Source: Sphyrna mokarran
Lineage: Eukaryota
Direction of reading: 5' to 3'
Length of the DNA stretch: 64,000 bases
Assembly: GCA_024679065.1 (NCBI GenBank)
Contig: JAGIQG010000020.1
Coordinates: forward strand, 8,866,001-8,930,000
Part shown: one piece after another, positions 1-12,280 of the stretch
Layout of the letters: the number at the start of each line of letters is the position of its first letter
How positions within the stretch are numbered: the stretch's first letter is position 1
Notes under the pieces: model-generated
What the model was told of the DNA's origin: nothing
Databases searched by the model: none
What the model saw: the letters and a program-made list of their open reading frames with translations, nothing else
Translations under genes and position numbers: made by a program

Positions 1-424
1 CTCTTCCTGTCATCGCAGGCTCTGCCCCATCAGCTGAATATTTCAAAAATTTACTGAATTTTATTCATAATTTTCAAATTCAGCCCTGCTTTGTTATTGT
101 AATCAACCATCCGATGTTTTCAATTTAATGAGTCATCAGAGCCAGCAGATCGAACAAGCTAATCCTGACAGGTATACTTTCTGCAGTACCTACATTGGAA
201 ACAATCTTTAGAGGAATCACGTCCATGAAAACTGTCCGCTAAATACAATATATTTACTGGTGAAAACGTTGAAAATGCATATTTACCGCATGTTCGTTTC
301 AGGTGCTAAAGTAGGGTAGTATTTAAAATAGCACGACATTCATTTTACAATTGATGTCACTATAAATATCTATGCATTCTGGGATTATATTCACGTGATG
401 GACCATGGGTTAGATTAGTTCTTC

Positions 425-746
425 CGGTGCACGGTGACACAGTCGTAGGTACCGTCGCCTCACAGCTCCAGCAACCTGGGTTCAATTCCGGCGTATGTTC
501 TCTTCGTCCGTGCACGGATTTCCGCCCCGTGCTCCTGTTTCCCCCCACAGTCCAAAGATGTGCAAGTCAACTGAACTGACCATGCAAAATTGCTCCTTAA
601 TATCCAAAACGTGGGATTTCATTCGATTGGTCATAGTAAATATGTGGATTTATAGGGAAAGAACTTGTTAAGACACTTTGTCAGAGAGTCAGTGCGGATT
701 GGATGGACTGAATGGCCCTTCTGCACGCTACGCATTCTATGTTTCT
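425..746 (+). mobile_element. tRNA-derived V-SINE (HE1-like)
   Basis: tRNA-like head with B box GGTTCAATTCC, V-core TTTCCCCCCACAGTCCAAAGATGTGC, and CR1-type tail GGACTGAATGGCC...ATTCTATG. Confidence 0.75.
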
Positions 747-1539
747 GTCAGGAAGATACGAAATAGGCAGGAGATGTCAATCAAAAGCTCTTTCAGAAAT
801 ATCAATTGATTTGCGTAATCATCATAGGTTGTCTGGAGCCCACGTATCTCCAAATAAAGCTGCGAATTAATAATCAAGAAATTGTATTTATTTTTCCACG
901 AGAAAGCCAAATTTCACTGAAAACTGAGTTTAGGACATGAAATGCGCTGGTGAAGTAATTTATAATACTTAAAGATCGCCCAACAAGAAGAATTGATTGG
1001 TCCAGAGCAAATTGTACATCCACCTGTAACATTATGCTCACATTCACTACCTATTTAGCATTACAAACTGAGAGCTCGCTTGGATTAGGTACTATTCCCA
1101 GAATCGAACAATCTCCTACAACAGCTAACAGAAGTTATATCTGTATGAGGACTTCCTCCCATGTTAATAGAACGAATAAATTAATGAATCTTCCTTGCCC
1201 AAATGTTTGCAGTTTGTTCAATATTAATTATTTCAGCAATAAAATGCTGAATGAAATAATTCAAAAGGTAACTGCAGTCTCCAATCACTTTCGAAGAACG
1301 TATATTTAGGATAGAGACTAAAAGTCAGTAATAAGGAATGTCAATTAAAGGCAATTTACGATGTATTAAACGGTTACGTGAATATTTATACCCAGAATAG
1401 ATAACAATTTGTTTAAGTTGCTCTTATTTCTTTATAAACAATGTTGTACATAACCGTGGTATTTCCTATACTTTTTAAAATGTATATCACGTTCCATGAC
1501 GTACTAGATACGTGAGGTGCATCTACTGGCGTAGTGTTA

Positions 1540-2395
1540 GATGACGGCGATAAAATCATCGTTTTCGAGCTGATAGATGGGGAACAAAGTATGTGTGTTT
1601 GGTCCCTCCAATGTAGAATAGATCGCATTGGGAGCAATGCATGCAATAGACCAGATCAAAGGCGTTGCATGTGAAGTGCTGCTTCACCATAAAAAGCATT
1701 TGGGCCCCGAGATGGTGACCAGGAAGAAAATAAATATGCAGATGTTACACCTTCCACGATTGCACAGCAAGAAGTCATTGATGGTGTACAAGTATTGGTT
1801 GTGATGGAGGAGTGCACCAGGGTGTCCCGGAAGGAATGGCACCTGCGAAATACTGTGAGGGATAGTAAGGGGAAGTTCTGTTGACTGGTGGCATCATGTT
1901 GGAGTTAGCTGAAATCACAGAAGATTATTTTTTCAATTTAGAAGCTGGTGGAGTGAAAGTTAAGGCAATGAGGAACCTGGAGGGGAGAACAGCGGTCCAG
2001 AGATGGGTCAGAATATATGCTGAATGCCTTGTCCAGCACCGTGGGTGAAAAACCACGATGTGAAAAGTAGGAAGACATTATCAACAGCGCCATTTTGGAA
2101 ACTGACATCATCAGAACAGACATGGTGGAAGCAAAGGACATCTGAGAATGGAATGGAATCTTTACAGGATCTGGGGTGTGAAGAGCTGTAAGTCAAGGCA
2201 GTGTTTGGTGGCTGGGCTTTTAACAGATATTGATGGAGAATCTATCTCCAAATTTGGAGACAGGGAGTTCAAGGAATTAACGCGAAGTGTCAGAGATGGA
2301 CCACGTATAAAATGATAGAGGGGGTAAAATTGGAAGCGATGTTGACTTATTTTCCGAGTCTAGACAAGGTCATTAAGTAACACCGAAATAATCAT
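1540..2395 (-). mobile_element. Decayed Penelope-like retroelement (RT C-terminus and GIY-YIG endonuclease fragments)
   Basis: Frameshifted minus-strand peptides SSHPRSCKDSIPFS / HVCSDD / MSSYFSHRGF and VKQHFTC..DLVYCMHCSQCDLFYIG, typical of Penelope-like elements. Confidence 0.75.
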
Positions 2396-3179
2396 TGACG
2401 GACCGCGGGGGCGGGCTGAGAGGGCAGGGAATATATTCAGGGGCGACAGCACCCATCCCACCACTTTTCCACCCACCCCGATCTCGCCGCCATAAGGTGG
2501 GGAGCGAGCGTGTGCCAGAATCGGCAGACCATCGGCCATTTTACAATGACAATTTAAGGTTCAATTCGGCTTGTTCTCAGGCGCCTTGATGATAATAATG
2601 AACTGTCCACGCCGTCATACGATTATCATGGGTAGCAGGGAGAAAATGGGAAGGCCGGTTTGTAATGGTTAAAGGCGGCAGGAAGGGTACGGGTCGCTCT
2701 TTGGGGGCTGCCCTTCGTCACTTACAGGGTAGCCCCACTTCTTATCTTATACGATCTTCACTTTTCCTCTCCTCTTACACAGGCCGCTTTCTTCTCTCTC
2801 TAATGGTCCCAAATTCACCCGATCCAAGACCTTCGAGGGAACTGCCCCCGGAACGAGGCATTCAGCTTCACTATTTGGCCACAGTGCCGCCAGCTGCCAC
2901 TCACGTCCATTTGGCCTTATCTGGACAATGGAGCAGCCAGTCAGTCGCACTGAGCCGCAGGTCCAGATGGTGAGAGTTCTGCCGGAATGGAGGACCGAAG
3001 ATAAAGATGACCCTTGGAAATAAGTGCTGTTAAATGTAGCTTGATTTCACGCCAACATTTCGTTTCTAGGGGGGGGGGGACTTGTCCGAACACTCCCCGC
3101 CCCAGCCCACGCCCGCACGCACCTCGTTTGTTTGAGCCACAGCCTAGAAACCGGGCAGAAACATTTCCAAATTTTAAGG

Positions 3180-3492
3180 ACCGTACAGTGATTGGAACAG
3201 CAGTCTCACAGCGCCAGGGAGCCGGGTTCAACATCAGCCTCCGGTTACTGTGTGGAGTTTGCATATTCTCAGTGTTTAAGTGGATTTCCTCTAGGTTCTC
3301 CAATTCCCTTGCACAGCTCAAAGATGTGCGGCATAGATTGGTTGCAATGCTAAATTGACCCTAGGGTCAGGGGGATTAGCAGGGTAACTAATTGGGATTA
3401 CGGATATGGGGCCTTGCTGTGATTGTGGTTGGTGTGCAGACTCGACGGACCGAATGGCCTTCTTCTGCACTGTAGCGATTCTCTCGATTCTC
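3180..3492 (+). mobile_element. V-SINE (HE1-like)
   Basis: CTCACAGCGCCAGGGA..GGGTTCAA head, TGTGTGGAGTTTGCAT core, GGACCGAATGGCCTTCTTCTGCACTGTAG tail. Confidence 0.75.
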
Positions 3493-3618
3493 GATAGAGA
3501 TGAGAATCGGTTAACTAAGTTAATCTCCCCCCGAAGTTAGGCAAGCCCTTCTGGGCCCAGATCATAGAGATCTTGCCTCACTTTTGGGAAGAGTCTCTCC
3601 CACACCCATATCACATAG

Positions 3619-4030
3619 AGTAGGGTGGTACAACATGACTTTCCTCTACATATGTCTTGAAATACAATGAACAGCCTTGTCATGTCTGCGCCCTCCTCGG
3701 TACGTAGATAAGTGAACGAGGTGTCTAACTTCTCCAGTATCTCTCTATTGGTAGGAAGGGATTTAATGTGGGCCTCACTGATATCATCCTTCGATTCGTC
3801 CTAACCAGTCTTATATTTTTAACAGTTGATCACCTTGCTGGTAGGGTGGTGCAGCATGACTTTTCTCTACGTAAGTCTTTAAACACAGTGAATGTCGTTG
3901 TCAAGTCTGCTCCCTACTCTGCGAGTAGATGGGTGAAAGAGGAGTCTAACTTCGCCAGTATATCGCTATTGGTTGACAGCGTATTAAAAGATGCAACTGC
4001 GCCTCGCGTCACGCTCCAATTCGTCCTCAT
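3619..4030. repeat. Diverged two-copy tandem repeat, period about 222 bp
   Basis: GTAGGGTGGT(A/G)CA.CATGACTTT.CTCTAC...GTCTAACTTC.CCAGTAT.TC.CTATTGGT...ATTCGTCCT occurs at about 3620 and about 3841. Confidence 0.7.
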
Positions 4031-5681
4031 TGCTCTTTATCATCGCTGATGGCAAACAGAAGAAAACATAATCCTTTATCCCAAGAATGATGCCATCCGT
4101 GGTAATATGCCCTGAAGTTTGTTTTTGCGACCTGGTACCAGTCTAATGCCCCCTAACATTGTGGATGATATGTCGAAAATTTCAACTGAGTCACATCCAG
4201 GTTACCCATGTATTGCTGGAATAATTTGGATATAAATTTGAGCATTGGTCTGGCTAAGTCTCATGATGTTACTGAAGGTGGAGCAGGCTCGAGGAGTCAG
4301 ATGGCCTGCTCCTGCTCCTAGTTCTTATGTTCTTTTTATCTTAAAAGGTCAGTCATGTCTCCGGGGGGTGAATAAAGTTTAAATGTACAAGTGGAGGACA
4401 GTCCATGAAAAGACATTCGAATGCAGGAAGATCTCTGGTGAGATCTGGAGATTTATAGAAACTGAAATACAATGGCCTCAATGCAGCAAATTTAAAAACT
4501 AACAAGTTTTTAAGATGTGGAGAAAGCATTTTGAGTGCAAGCTGATGTGAATACAACAAATCATTCCTCATGTCGTCCGTTAATTTGTGTGAATAATATA
4601 ATAATAATCATATAAATTTTGATTCTATTACTGTATGTTTCAAACTAGTTCGCGATAACAAATATTTTTTTCAAAGTCGAGGCCTAAGCAACTCAGCCCA
4701 GAAGCACTCAGGACAGTGGGAGCCTCACAAGCCCAAGCAAGAGGAAAGCGACCCTGGCAAAACAGGCAATTAATTTAGACAGTAAGCAGAGGGGTTGATT
4801 TGCTTTGACTATACAGAAGCCCAGCCACAATTTGGATCCAAACCAAGAAATGGCCAACATCCGATCATCTATAAAGAAACAGGAGAGAAAACATTCAAAC
4901 CTTCGTCTTTTTTCTCAAGGATTAATAAAGGCATAATTTGTTTTCTTTTAGTATTCTATTCAAATTGCAAATGCAAGCGTTATTGTTAGAACTCATTGTT
5001 GTTAGTGTGCATGCGTCTTTGTCTTTGAAGGAGAATCTCCAAGCCATGCTTGACAGTTTCGTGGGAGTGTATCGAAGAATTGATCTCAGTTTCAACCTCA
5101 GGAAGACTTAAGTTCTTTACCAACCCATTCCAAAACGAAATGTAATTTTACCCCCCATCAAGATCAATGGGGACACTCTCCCAAATGTGGAACATTTCTC
5201 CCTATTTGGGGGCGGACTTCTCATCTAAGATTGCCATTAACATAGAAACTCAACATGGTATTCCACCTGTGAGCGCCACCTTCAGGTACTTAATGATGAG
5301 AGAGATTAATGACCGTGACATCAGTGTTGATACTATGATCCTCATGTACAAGGCAGTCATCTTCCCAACTCTTCTGTGGCTCAGATACCTAGACTACATA
5401 AAGATGCCACATCAGCGCCCTGGAGTGGTGCCATCAATGATGTTTGAGATCCTCCAAATCAACTGGGAAGACAGGCATACTAACATCAACGTCCTTGAAG
5501 GAGTTAAGAGCATTAGCATCGAGGCCATGATCATCTGAAGCCAACTCTACTCAGAAAACATGTGCTTAGCAGGCCAGAGTCCTGTGGCCAAAGCAGATTT
5601 ACTCCACTGAGCCCAAGAAAGGCACTTGAACAAAACGAAGACAAAAGAAGTACTTCAAAATCATCCTAAATTCTTACCTTA

Positions 5682-6005
5682 AACATAGAAACCTTAAAGT
5701 ACAGTAAAAGGCCATTCGGCCTATCGAGCCTACACGACCACAATGCCACCCCGACCCTATCCCCATATCCCTATATATTTACCCACTATCCATCTAACTC
5801 ACGCATCTCAGGACACTAAGGGTAATTTTAGCATGGTCAATCAACCTGACCCACACATCTTTGGACTGTGGGAGGAAACCGGAGAAAACCCATGCAGAAA
5901 CAAGAAAAATGTACAAAGTCAGACAGTGACCCAAGGCGAGAATCAAACCCAGGCCGTTGGAGTTGTGAAGCAGCAGTGCTACCTACTATGCTACCATGCT
6001 GCTAC
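5682..6005 (-). mobile_element. V-SINE, unit-1-specific insertion
   Basis: Reverse-oriented tail CATAGAA...GGCCATTCGGCC, core CACATCTTTGGACTGTGGGAGGAAACCGGAG and tRNA head. Absent at 28220 and 49570. Confidence 0.75.
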
Positions 6006-6007
6006 AC

Positions 6008-6273
6008 ATTGCTGTGGCTCTGGAGTCACATATAGGCAAGACCGGGTAAGGACGACAGTTTTCCTTCCCTAAAGGACGTTAGTGAACCAGATGGATTTTT
6101 ATGACAATCGACAATGATTTCATGGTCATCAGTAGATTCTTAATTCCAGATTTTTTTATTGAATTCAAATTCCACCATCTGCTGTGGTGGGATCTAAACA
6201 CAAGTCCCTAGAACATTAACTGAGTTTCTGGACTAATAGTCTAATGATTAATACCGCTAGGCTGTGGCTCCCC
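6008..6273 (-). mobile_element. tRNA-derived SINE of a second family (SacSINE1-like), unit-1-specific
   Basis: Minus strand contains CCATCTGGTTCACTAACGTCCTTTAGGGAAGGAA...CCTTACCCGGTCT...GTGACTCCAGA, a common shark SINE body. Family name is from memory. Confidence 0.55.
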
Positions 6274-7197
6274 ACCAACCCTACACGTAACATCCCACAT
6301 ATAACAGGGATGGAAATGAAGCACAAATGTAAATGCCCGCGAGACCCTTGTTTTAAAGAGACCAACCTGAAGGAGTCTCGAGAACATTCGACAGCAAGAG
6401 AAGATCCAGAAAAGAAACCTGAGAAAAGAATGCTAGTGATTTCGAGACCAAAGAGCAATGCCACCTCCCAGAAATACCTGTCAGATGTAGAGTCGGAGAT
6501 GTGACTCTAGGATTGTGTTCGTTAACATGCAAGGACACACAGTACTCATGACCATTGACATGGTGTTTCTTAGGTTGCCAAACATAGTTATTAGCGAGTG
6601 GCCACCAAAAAAAAAAGAAAATTCTGAAACTGCCTCCCGTCTACAAAAGTGTCCTCCGCCTTTCCCTCAGCCAGGGCCAGCATCCTTCCTTCAACTATCC
6701 TATCAAGCACTGTATGGATTTGGTGTACTCCTCTCATCCTCCTAAATTCTAAAACATGCAGATCCACATTCTTCAATTGCTTCTCCTAGGACAATGCTGT
6801 CATCTCAGGAATCAGTCTGATGACAGTACTGTTGCACACTGTCTATGGCAAATCTATCCTGCCTTGTCGAAAGTAACCAAAACTACATACGTTAGTCACA
6901 TGCGGTCTGGCCAAGCCTCCATACAATTATACAAGACTTTTCGAACCAACAAGTTATTACTTTAAAAAAAACTAATAGATTTTTCTTCTCTTTCTAAATC
7001 TATGTTGGCTCTGCACAATTCGATCATTCTTTACGAAATTCACGTTATCAAATTATACCTCTACTACTGAGGTCAGGCTAATAGGTTTGTAATTACACGT
7101 TTTCTCCTCTCTCCTTTCTTAAATAGTGAGGTTATATTTGATAACTTAAAATTTGCAGGTACTGCTCCAGAATTTATAGAATTTTGTAACCCCAATC

Positions 7198-7520
7198 AGG
7201 GCGGTGTGGTGGCTAGCATTGCTGCCTCACGTTGCCAAGGACCAGGGTACGATTCCAGCCTTAAGTGACTGGTTCGGTGGAATGTTCACGCTTTCCCCGT
7301 GCCCATATGGGTTTCATCCCACAGTTCAAAGATGTGCAGTAGGTGGATCGGCCATGCTAACATTGCCTTTTAATGTCCCAACATGTGTAGGTTAGGGGGA
7401 TTAGTGGGGTGACTACATGGGGTTATGGGCTTTGAGCCTGGGCGAGATGCTCTATCAGAGGGTCGGTGCAGACGCGATGGGCCGAAGGATCTGTTTGAGC
7501 ATTGTAAGGATTCTATGAAG
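7198..7520 (+). mobile_element. V-SINE (paralogs at about 29706-30030 and 51085-51395)
   Basis: GGGCGGTGTGGTGG..AGCATTGCTGCCTCAC head, CCCACAG.TCAAAGATGTGCAG core, GATGGGCCGAA...GGATTCTATGA tail. Confidence 0.75.
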
Positions 7521-8993
7521 TTATGATTTTATTCTATGATTCAAAGAACCCGCTATCCCTACAGCCACCTCTTTTGAACATGTGGTCCAAATTGTCTTTG
7601 GGCTCAAATGAGTTTCATTCAAACAATTTCCAGTTTTTCTGATCGTGGTACTTAAGCCGTTCGGTGGTTTCTGTTTATTCCACCACAACATGTGAACGCC
7701 AATGCAGAGTGGCGCTGTTGTCATAGGCGGAGCTGCTCTAACGCAGGACAGTGTGTGTCAGTCAATTTCTATCTCGCAAAGTATTTTTCCTCACTTACAC
7801 CAATTTAAGACAAGGATCGTTAACTTTAAACGCAATAACCTACTTAAAATCGGGTTTTACTGACAGATCTCTGAAGGATAGCGGAGGAGCGAGGATGCTG
7901 ACGGCGCCGGAAGATGACCGTAGTGTTACGGACGGGTGGGGGTTTGGGGTACAGCAATTGGATGTCTCCACAGCTCTGGAACAGTCGGCACTGCAGCATT
8001 GATATTTCTGAGCTATTCTGTTCGCTCAATCCATTTATTAATGCATCAAGTGGACATCTCCAGTTTCACTCCGTTATTTCAGATCAAGCCCAATTTTCTT
8101 TATGAAAATAACTATTACTAATTGATTAAATTTAGAAGCTCATTCTGCCAATTACTTAATAGCTACTTAATTATATCACAGGATAATCTTACTTAAATGT
8201 CTTTCACCCCAAATATTCATGTATATCCGTATCAGTTGTTACCATAGGCACGAACTTAAGGATGGTTCAACCTTGTCTTGTTTATTTCTAAATGTAAACA
8301 CTATAATAGTAACGTAAAACTGCCAAGGTTATATGCTTATAAAAGGTAAACAAGAAAGGCAATGTATTTTAATTACCATGGTTTAGATCTCTTGCTATCA
8401 TTACCAGCACTCTGCTTGTGTGTTATTGAAGGCAGACCTTTCAATTTATTGTTGCATATTCTATTACTATAAAGTACATGCAGTAATTCTATTAGGCAAT
8501 AGAAGTTTGCTCTTTTTCCAAATTGCAATGCCATGTGTTTAAAAAGAATTATAAGGAGCTTTAAATTACTTGTGTATTTTAAAATAAATATTGATTGGTC
8601 TAATATCTTCAGTTAGAAATAATATAGGTTCAATATATCAAAATACTATCTCTTTGGCGTGCCTTATTTATTGCGGTGCAACGTACTTGAAATAGTTGCA
8701 TTCAGGAAGCCGCACGTCACTTTTAACCTGGTTTCCTTTGGTCCTGTCGGTCCCTTCATTAACTTCGGGCGGAGAATGATTGATTTTCATAATTGAAAAC
8801 CATCACCTACATTTCTTATACTTTGTGTTTTTACTGGTCTTTGCAACTTGCAATTTTACTTGCACCATTATATTTATAGCAGTCCGAAATCAATCCACAC
8901 AAAAAAACTGTGTACAGAAGGGAAATATTGATTTGTGATTTGTGTGAATTTTAAAAAGAACGATTCTTGTCTAAATTCAAGTAAAAACTGAAA

Positions 8994-9172
8994 GTGCTTG
9001 AACAATTCAGCAGGTCTGTCAGCATCTATGAAGAGAGAAACATAGTTCACGATACAACTCCATATGTCTCTTCTTCCCAAAATCATTTTGGAATAAGAGT
9101 CATATTGGATTCGAAACGTTAAATGTTTCTCGCTCCAGATAAGCTGGCAGACCATCTACGTTTTTCAAGCAC
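8994..9172. repeat. Palindromic fold-back element of Penelope-end type, about 180 bp (paralogs at about 31085-31265 and 52444-52622)
   Basis: Arms GTGCTTGAA...GGTCTGTCAGCATCT..GAGAGAAACA and TGTTTCTCGCTC.AGAT..GCTGGCAGACC...TTCAAGCAC flank a centre CCAAAAT-C-ATTTTGG (9077-9091). Confidence 0.7.
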
Positions 9173-9265
9173 GCTATCCCTTTATTGGAGATTTTCAGTA
9201 TCCACAATATTTTGACTTCAACTTAACTGAGCTGCTTTCGGTCTAGGGCCTCGCAGAACCTGAAG

Positions 9266-9487
9266 ATTCGATTTGATTTTTTGATTTGATTTGATTTATT
9301 ATTGGCACATGCGTTGGTATACAATGAAAAGTATTGTTTCTTGTCCGCTGTACAGACAGAACGTACCGTTCATAGAGAATGAAACGAGACAGTGCAGAAA
9401 GTAGCTGTTACAATTGCAGCTAGGGTGGAGCGAAAGATGAACTTAATGCAAGATGGGTCCATTCAAAAGTCTGATGGCAGCAGAAAA
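9266..9487 (-). mobile_element. 3' end of a LINE-like element with AATAAA-(ATCAA)n tail (related copies at about 19760-20015, 31357-31580, 52725-52940, 61285-61540)
   Basis: (TTTGA)n followed by TTTATT and a conserved body of about 200 bp that recurs at non-orthologous sites. Confidence 0.6.
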
Positions 9488-9988
9488 TGTTTTATAATAT
9501 ACCTTACCGATTAATTAAAATGGTTGGGTATTTTTAATAACAGCATGGTGCCGGGATCCAAATAAGGATATTAGATGTGACATAAATTTGTGTAACCTGA
9601 TAATTTAGAAACTCTTACATTAAGCGCTGTGAATTTTTGCCAGAAACATACACATCATGATCACCACTATCCACGCACTCTAACATTCAGTCAGACCTAC
9701 CTTGAAAATTATGCTGCAAGATTACTTCCATACGTACGCATACGATTGGTGTCATTGACTTTACATAATTGCAGAACGCAACAAAAACAAATTTCACGAT
9801 TCCTCACAATTAGAAAGTTGCTAGGAATTTATTCCATGGAAACAGATTGATAATAATCACAACATTTGAGTTAATGGCAGTAATTTTATTGTTTTGGGTG
9901 TGTTTGCAACATTACACTTTAACAGTTCAGGGTGAACACATTAAATACAGACAGCGAGACCGAGTCAACAACCTGCCGATTGTGATGA

Positions 9989-10013
9989 TTTATTTAAAAT
10001 GTGCCTCTTTATT
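9989..10013 (-). terminator. Cluster 1 polyadenylation signals
   Basis: AATAAA on the minus strand at 10008-10013 and 9989-9994, about 70-90 nt after the stop. Both are conserved in all three clusters. Confidence 0.7.
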
Positions 10014-10079
10014 GCAGTTGATAATTTGTGAAACAAACATTGCTACTAAAATAACAAATCAGCGAACAAAAGTTTGGAA

Positions 10080-10402
10080 TCACATACAGCTGGATCTGGA
10101 GATGCTTGTTTGAAGCGGCTTTGCTTGAGTCTCGTGTTTGACCAGACAGGAGTAAAGCTCGTGTGAGTTCCAGTCTGAGGCTGACAGAGTCAGATAACTG
10201 CTCACACTGAACGTGTTGTCCGCCTCTTGCTGGACCCGACTGGTCTCAACCCCATTCCCTCTGACGCTGCCATCTACAGTCCATTCAATCTCCGCAGCTC
10301 CGGGGTTAAAACCGCTCACCAAACACACCAGGGTCGCCATGTTCTTGGCTGTGATTTGATCCGATGAAGGCGGAAGCACGGACACAGTGGGGCTCCGTGG
10401 AT
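10080..10402 (-). CDS. IGLC: Ig light chain cluster 1, constant exon (lambda-like C1-set domain)
   Basis: Acceptor cgtttcag|AT. Translates to PRSPTVSVLPPSSDQITAKNMATLVCLVSGFNP...W...YSCLVKHE...SRSSCM*, with a penultimate Cys for the H-L disulfide. 323 nt, in phase with VJ. Confidence 0.97.
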
Positions 10403-12280
10403 CTGAAACGTTGATAAATTAAATAAGATCCATTTTTAAATGACAAAAAGAGTCAAATCAATGTTTTGCATTGTTGAAACCTTTGAAGATTGCATGTCAC
10501 TGTACAAAACTGCAGAGAAATTAGTACAAGGAATCTTCATTAATGTTAACTGCACAGCCGCTGTCTCGAATAATTTTGAACAATATATATTCTGTTAAGA
10601 TATATCAAATTTTTCTGCAAGACTAGAAACACATGCAGTATCTTAAGTGGAAATTGAATCTTAGCGAAAATGAATGCAGAATCTTACATCGGTACGTAAA
10701 AAACAAATATCGGCATTAGGAATAAATCTTGGAACAAAGTTAGGAGTAAAGATTGCTCCCAACTAAACACATAAGGTTTGATTGTAAACAGTATATTGCT
10801 TGACAACTATTAAGAACTTTCCAGTTGGCACTTCTTTTCACAAAAATGTAACATTGGGCTAATATCTGGAGTATTCTTCATTCACTGCCATGGCTGCTTT
10901 GCATCTTTGTAGCTTGCACCAGATTTCTCATCAATTCTCACAGTCATTTCCTCACTGCCCCAACTCTGGTCCGACTATAATGTGTAACTCTGCAGGAGAC
11001 TGTTCCGTTACATTCCGAATAATCTATCTGGAACATCATTGGGCTACAGCGTCGCAAGTGGAAACTTTTCAACAAGCTAAAAAAAACGTTTCCTACAAAT
11101 AACGCTGCTTATGTAACCAGTTATATCCACATTATATAATAATAATCAAACAACAGTCTCAGTGTACAAACAATGTAACCAATGTAACTTGGCCAATAAT
11201 TTATCTCTCAATATCGCTTCAGTCGACTAACTGCTGACTGAAGTTTGTGGGACTTTGTTCTGCGAAAATAAGCTCCCCCGTTTCTTAAAAGCATGGGTAA
11301 CATGAAAACAAACTACACATAATTGACTAACACAGACTCGGGTATCCTGAGGTCGTGAAGAGCGCCATGCTAATGCAAGCTCTTTGCTTTTATTCTTAAA
11401 AGGAAATATTCCGATGATAGTAACAATGAATTTTTACCCCGAGTAATGTGATTGAAGACAGAATGTCACAATCTGCTGCTTGTTTGACTAACCATTTACA
11501 CCAGGCTGTACAAGAACCATCTGAAATGCCCGACTCTTGTTTTTTTTTAATTTAATGTAAAGCAGGGAAAATGTTGAAACATTGCTGCATTTTCCCCAAT
11601 TCTATAATTAGATGCCATATAAACTATCCATTGCAGTCCAGAGAATTTCGCTTTGGGACATATAAGGTTGCCTTGCATTTTTGACACAATAATTGGGAGA
11701 CTGAACCGTGCAATCTGACAAGTGCATGTAGCCCCGCTTATCGGAGTTTTATAATATTCCAGAACTGAACTGAGCATCATAATGCAGAAATATCCGAAAT
11801 CCCATGGGATTATTGAGCAGTCTTTGCTATCAGTGTAAATCTGTACAAAAATGCGTCGACACCAAGGACTGTATTATTGGAGAATAACAGAGCATTTTAT
11901 CTTTTCTATCTTATCCTTATCACCATGATACCGTCGGGGGAATTAAAAAAAGTCACAATGCGATGGAGTACGCGAATGTTCAATAATACAAATCGTCTCA
12001 GGCTGATTATAGAACGAGGAGTAAGGTTCAATTGAGTGAAAAAAAGCAGGTGCAGCAGTCTGGACGCCCGATGCGAGATACGCGCATGCAATTCATCAGG
12101 ATGGAAGTAAATGTTAAGGAAATAGATGTAATGTCAGTTACAGATGTTTGTTATTCAGTTATACCGAAAATAGAAGAGCGCTGACGATCACTAACTGATC
12201 GCTAGTATTTTTATTATATTCTGCGGGACGGGGGCGGCGGGGGGGTGGGTGGTATGGATTATTGAAAATCATTTTTTCCT

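Larger units (their letters stand above)
5030..6590 (+). mobile_element. Decayed RTE-clade LINE interrupted by two SINEs (orthologous fragments at about 27570-28500 and 48390-49860)
   Basis: Frameshifted RT-like peptides (YKAVIFPTLL, ILQINWEDRHTNINVLE, SIEAMII). The paralogous copies retain a degenerate GVKQGCII.P.LFSIFI motif near 27600 and 48425. Confidence 0.65.

Noticed and set aside
7697-7718. GCAGAGTGGCGCTG as a second CTCF site
   Set aside because: Requires a gap against the consensus and is not preserved in units 2 and 3.
7844-8000. Minus-strand peptides reminiscent of Ig segments (GDIQL..., NPHPSVTL...AVSILAPP)
   Set aside because: No Ig-fold Cys/Trp spacing follows; the similarity is too short to support a relic exon.
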